The translations under genes and the position numbers were made by a program. Shown in pieces: positions 59,481-61,314 of a stretch of DNA of 61,314 bases (its first letter is position 1; the number at the start of each line of letters is the position of its first letter). Source of the DNA: an archaeon (GTDB lineage: Archaea > Nanobdellota > Nanobdellia > Woesearchaeales > GW2011-AR9). The notes under the pieces are model-generated. The model searched no databases. It was given only the letters and a program-made list of their open reading frames with translations, and was not told where the DNA came from. The stretch covers positions 1 through 61,314 of the forward strand of contig NZCK01000031.1 in NCBI GenBank assembly GCA_002688265.1, read 5' to 3'.

Positions 59481-61314
59481 ATGAGAAAGAGTGTTGGTTT
59501 GGTAGTAGTTTTTACTTTGTTATTATTAATGATGAGTTCTGTAGTTGTGGCTGATTATGAAATAACTAGTTGTGGGGAATTTATTTATGAGGATTCAATA
59601 ATAGCAGATGGTGGTTTGACTGGTTGTACTGGAAATGGCGTTGTAATTGCAAATTCAAGCGTAACTCTTAATTGTAATGGACAGACGATATCAACAAGTG
59701 ATTCTAGTGTAATTTATGGAGTTTATATTGGTGCAGGACATTTAGATATAACTGTTGAAAATTGTGTTATTGATGGATTTAGTGTGGGAATTTATAATAG
59801 TGGTAGTCAAGATGTTGTAATCTCTGAATCAGAGATTACAAATGCAAATACTGGAATAATGAGTACTGGTTATAATACAGAAATAATTGGTAACGAAATT
59901 TCAGAGATCTCTGGAAATGGTGTCTTTGTTAGATATGGTGATATAGTAATCTCAGATAATTTAATTAATAATGTTGTAGGATATGGGATTTTTTCAGATG
60001 TTTCTGAAAGCATTTCTGTAATTCAGAATAACTTAAGTGAAGTTGATGCTGATGGAATATTATTAACTTATGCAACAGGAAATGTCTTTGATAATACTTT
60101 AAGTTCAATAGGAAATAATGCAATTGATTTGTCTTCAAGTGATGTTTTTGATGTTTATGAGAATATAATTACCAATGCCGCAAAAGGAATTGAGATAGAA
60201 GATTCGACAGAAATAAATATTTTCAATAATGAAATTTTTTATGTAGAAGAAGGAATTAGATTATCTTATTCTGAGAATGTAGAGATTTTATCAAATTATA
60301 TCTTTGATGTAAGTGCTGTTGGAGTTTATATTTTTGATCATGATCAAATAGGGGTTTCAAATAATATTATTAATGATACTTTGGTTGGGATGGTTATTGT
60401 AGGATCTGATGAAGGAGAGATAATAGAAAATATTTTTTTAAGTACTGAAGATGTACTTACTGGAACATTTGGTCTTTATATCTACGGATTATACCCAATA
60501 ACATCAACTTTATTTGAATTAAATTATTTCTCTGGTTTTGAAACAGGAATTGAACATTACAATTTTGGTAATGATAATATATTTAACTCAAATTATTTTT
60601 GTAATTCCCTAGAAACTGATTTTGTATGTCAATATTCTAACACAACCAACACAGGTTCAGGTAACTTTATGGATACAATAGAATATTGTGTTGAACCAAG
60701 TAATACAACTTGTAATATTAACTTACTTAATGATGGAGAAACATTTACTTTAACTAATAATCATGATTGTGGAACCCAGGATGGAATCATTGTAGATGCT
60801 GACGATGTTACAATAGATTGTAATGGATATAGTCTTGTTGGAAATGTTCCTAATCAAGGAATTATCTCAAAAGCAGATAATTTACTAATAAAAAATTGTA
60901 TAATAAAGAAATTTAGCAATGGAATTTATGCAACAGGATCATCTGATAATTTGCAAATTAGTAATTCACAAATTGAAGATTCTTCACAATTTGGGTTACA
61001 ATTAAGAGTTGGTTCAGTAGATATTAGTGGAAGTTATTTTTATTCTACTGTAACCCCGAATGCAGATGTTCTTTTAGAAGTGCCAGCATCATCTGGATCA
61101 CACACAATAGATTCTACTTTATTGTGTAGTTCAACAAGTAGTAAAAATTTAGAATGTTGGTCCGGTGCAAGTGCAGAAGTTACAAATAGTAATATTGATT
61201 CAATTAATTGTGTTACCCCTATTAATATTGATAATTCTGATTGTTCAGGAATTGCAACTTTAGGGATGGATAAAATAATCAACAACGCTTTCCCTTCAGA
61301 ATTAAATAACACCT
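59481..61314 (+). CDS. secreted right-handed beta-helix (NosD/PbH1) surface protein, runs off the window
   Basis: Absent from the ORF track because it has no stop: MRKSVGLVVVFTLLLL..., VTLNCNG, ITVENCVIDGF, repeated N-x-I...G-I motifs. Confidence 0.9.
   Translation, partial: MRKSVGLVVVFTLLLLMMSSVVVADYEITSCGEFIYEDSIIADGGLTGCTGNGVVIANSSVTLNCNGQTISTSDSSVIYGVYIGAGHLDITVENCVIDGFSVGIYNSGSQDVVISESEITNANTGIMSTGYNTEIIGNEISEISGNGVFVRYGDIVISDNLINNVVGYGIFSDVSESISVIQNNLSEVDADGILLTYATGNVFDNTLSSIGNNAIDLSSSDVFDVYENIITNAAKGIEIEDSTEINIFNNEIFYVEEGIRLSYSENVEILSNYIFDVSAVGVYIFDHDQIGVSNNIINDTLVGMVIVGSDEGEIIENIFLSTEDVLTGTFGLYIYGLYPITSTLFELNYFSGFETGIEHYNFGNDNIFNSNYFCNSLETDFVCQYSNTTNTGSGNFMDTIEYCVEPSNTTCNINLLNDGETFTLTNNHDCGTQDGIIVDADDVTIDCNGYSLVGNVPNQGIISKADNLLIKNCIIKKFSNGIYATGSSDNLQISNSQIEDSSQFGLQLRVGSVDISGSYFYSTVTPNADVLLEVPASSGSHTIDSTLLCSSTSSKNLECWSGASAEVTNSNIDSINCVTPINIDNSDCSGIATLGMDKIINNAFPSELNNT

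Noticed and set aside
61040-61312. 90-aa minus-strand ORF, and similar short antisense ORFs such as 17966, 34401, 46442, 47990, 49243 and 49828
   Set aside because: Shadows of longer, well-supported genes on the opposite strand
1-61314. Genome-wide TGA recoding, suggested by the PP2C TGA and the short gene ending at 21808
   Set aside because: Conserved genes (uppS, lig, ftsY, tatD) end at TGA at their expected C-termini and Trp is encoded by TGG
1-61314. CRISPR array, tRNA or rRNA genes
   Set aside because: No regularly spaced repeats, cloverleaf/T-loop or rRNA motifs seen by eye; the 9857-9954 repeat has no unique spacers

Overview
AT-rich, gene-dense archaeal chromosome segment. The gene content (archaeal ATP-dependent ligase, Cdc48, Tyw1, prefoldin-alpha/FtsY, TrmB regulators, type II GAPDH, NMD3-like, METTL5, class III signal-peptide proteins) and TATA boxes ~25-30 bp upstream of many starts point to a DPANN archaeon, probably Woesearchaeota (inference). 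About 60 CDS were recognised; I saw no rRNA, tRNA or CRISPR array. Non-coding structure: an attC-like site (94-177), a dimeric four-hairpin repeat (9857-9954), a candidate structured sRNA (18974-19072) and two related MITEs (54908-55051, 57357-57528). Best leads: a Janus/Ocnus (PHPT1-type) phosphohistidine phosphatase-like protein; a TrmB-linked upp / Mesh1-like HD / CYTH operon; a GGDEF-like protein; a DHS / PLP decarboxylase / agmatinase polyamine operon with a uORF-plus-hairpin leader; a tandem RNAP alpha-CTD-like protein; a Cdc48 lacking aromatic pore loops; a Tat-signal penicillin-binding-fold protein; and a PEP-synthase-like protein with two phospho-His domains. All family calls come from reading motifs by eye; no searches were run.
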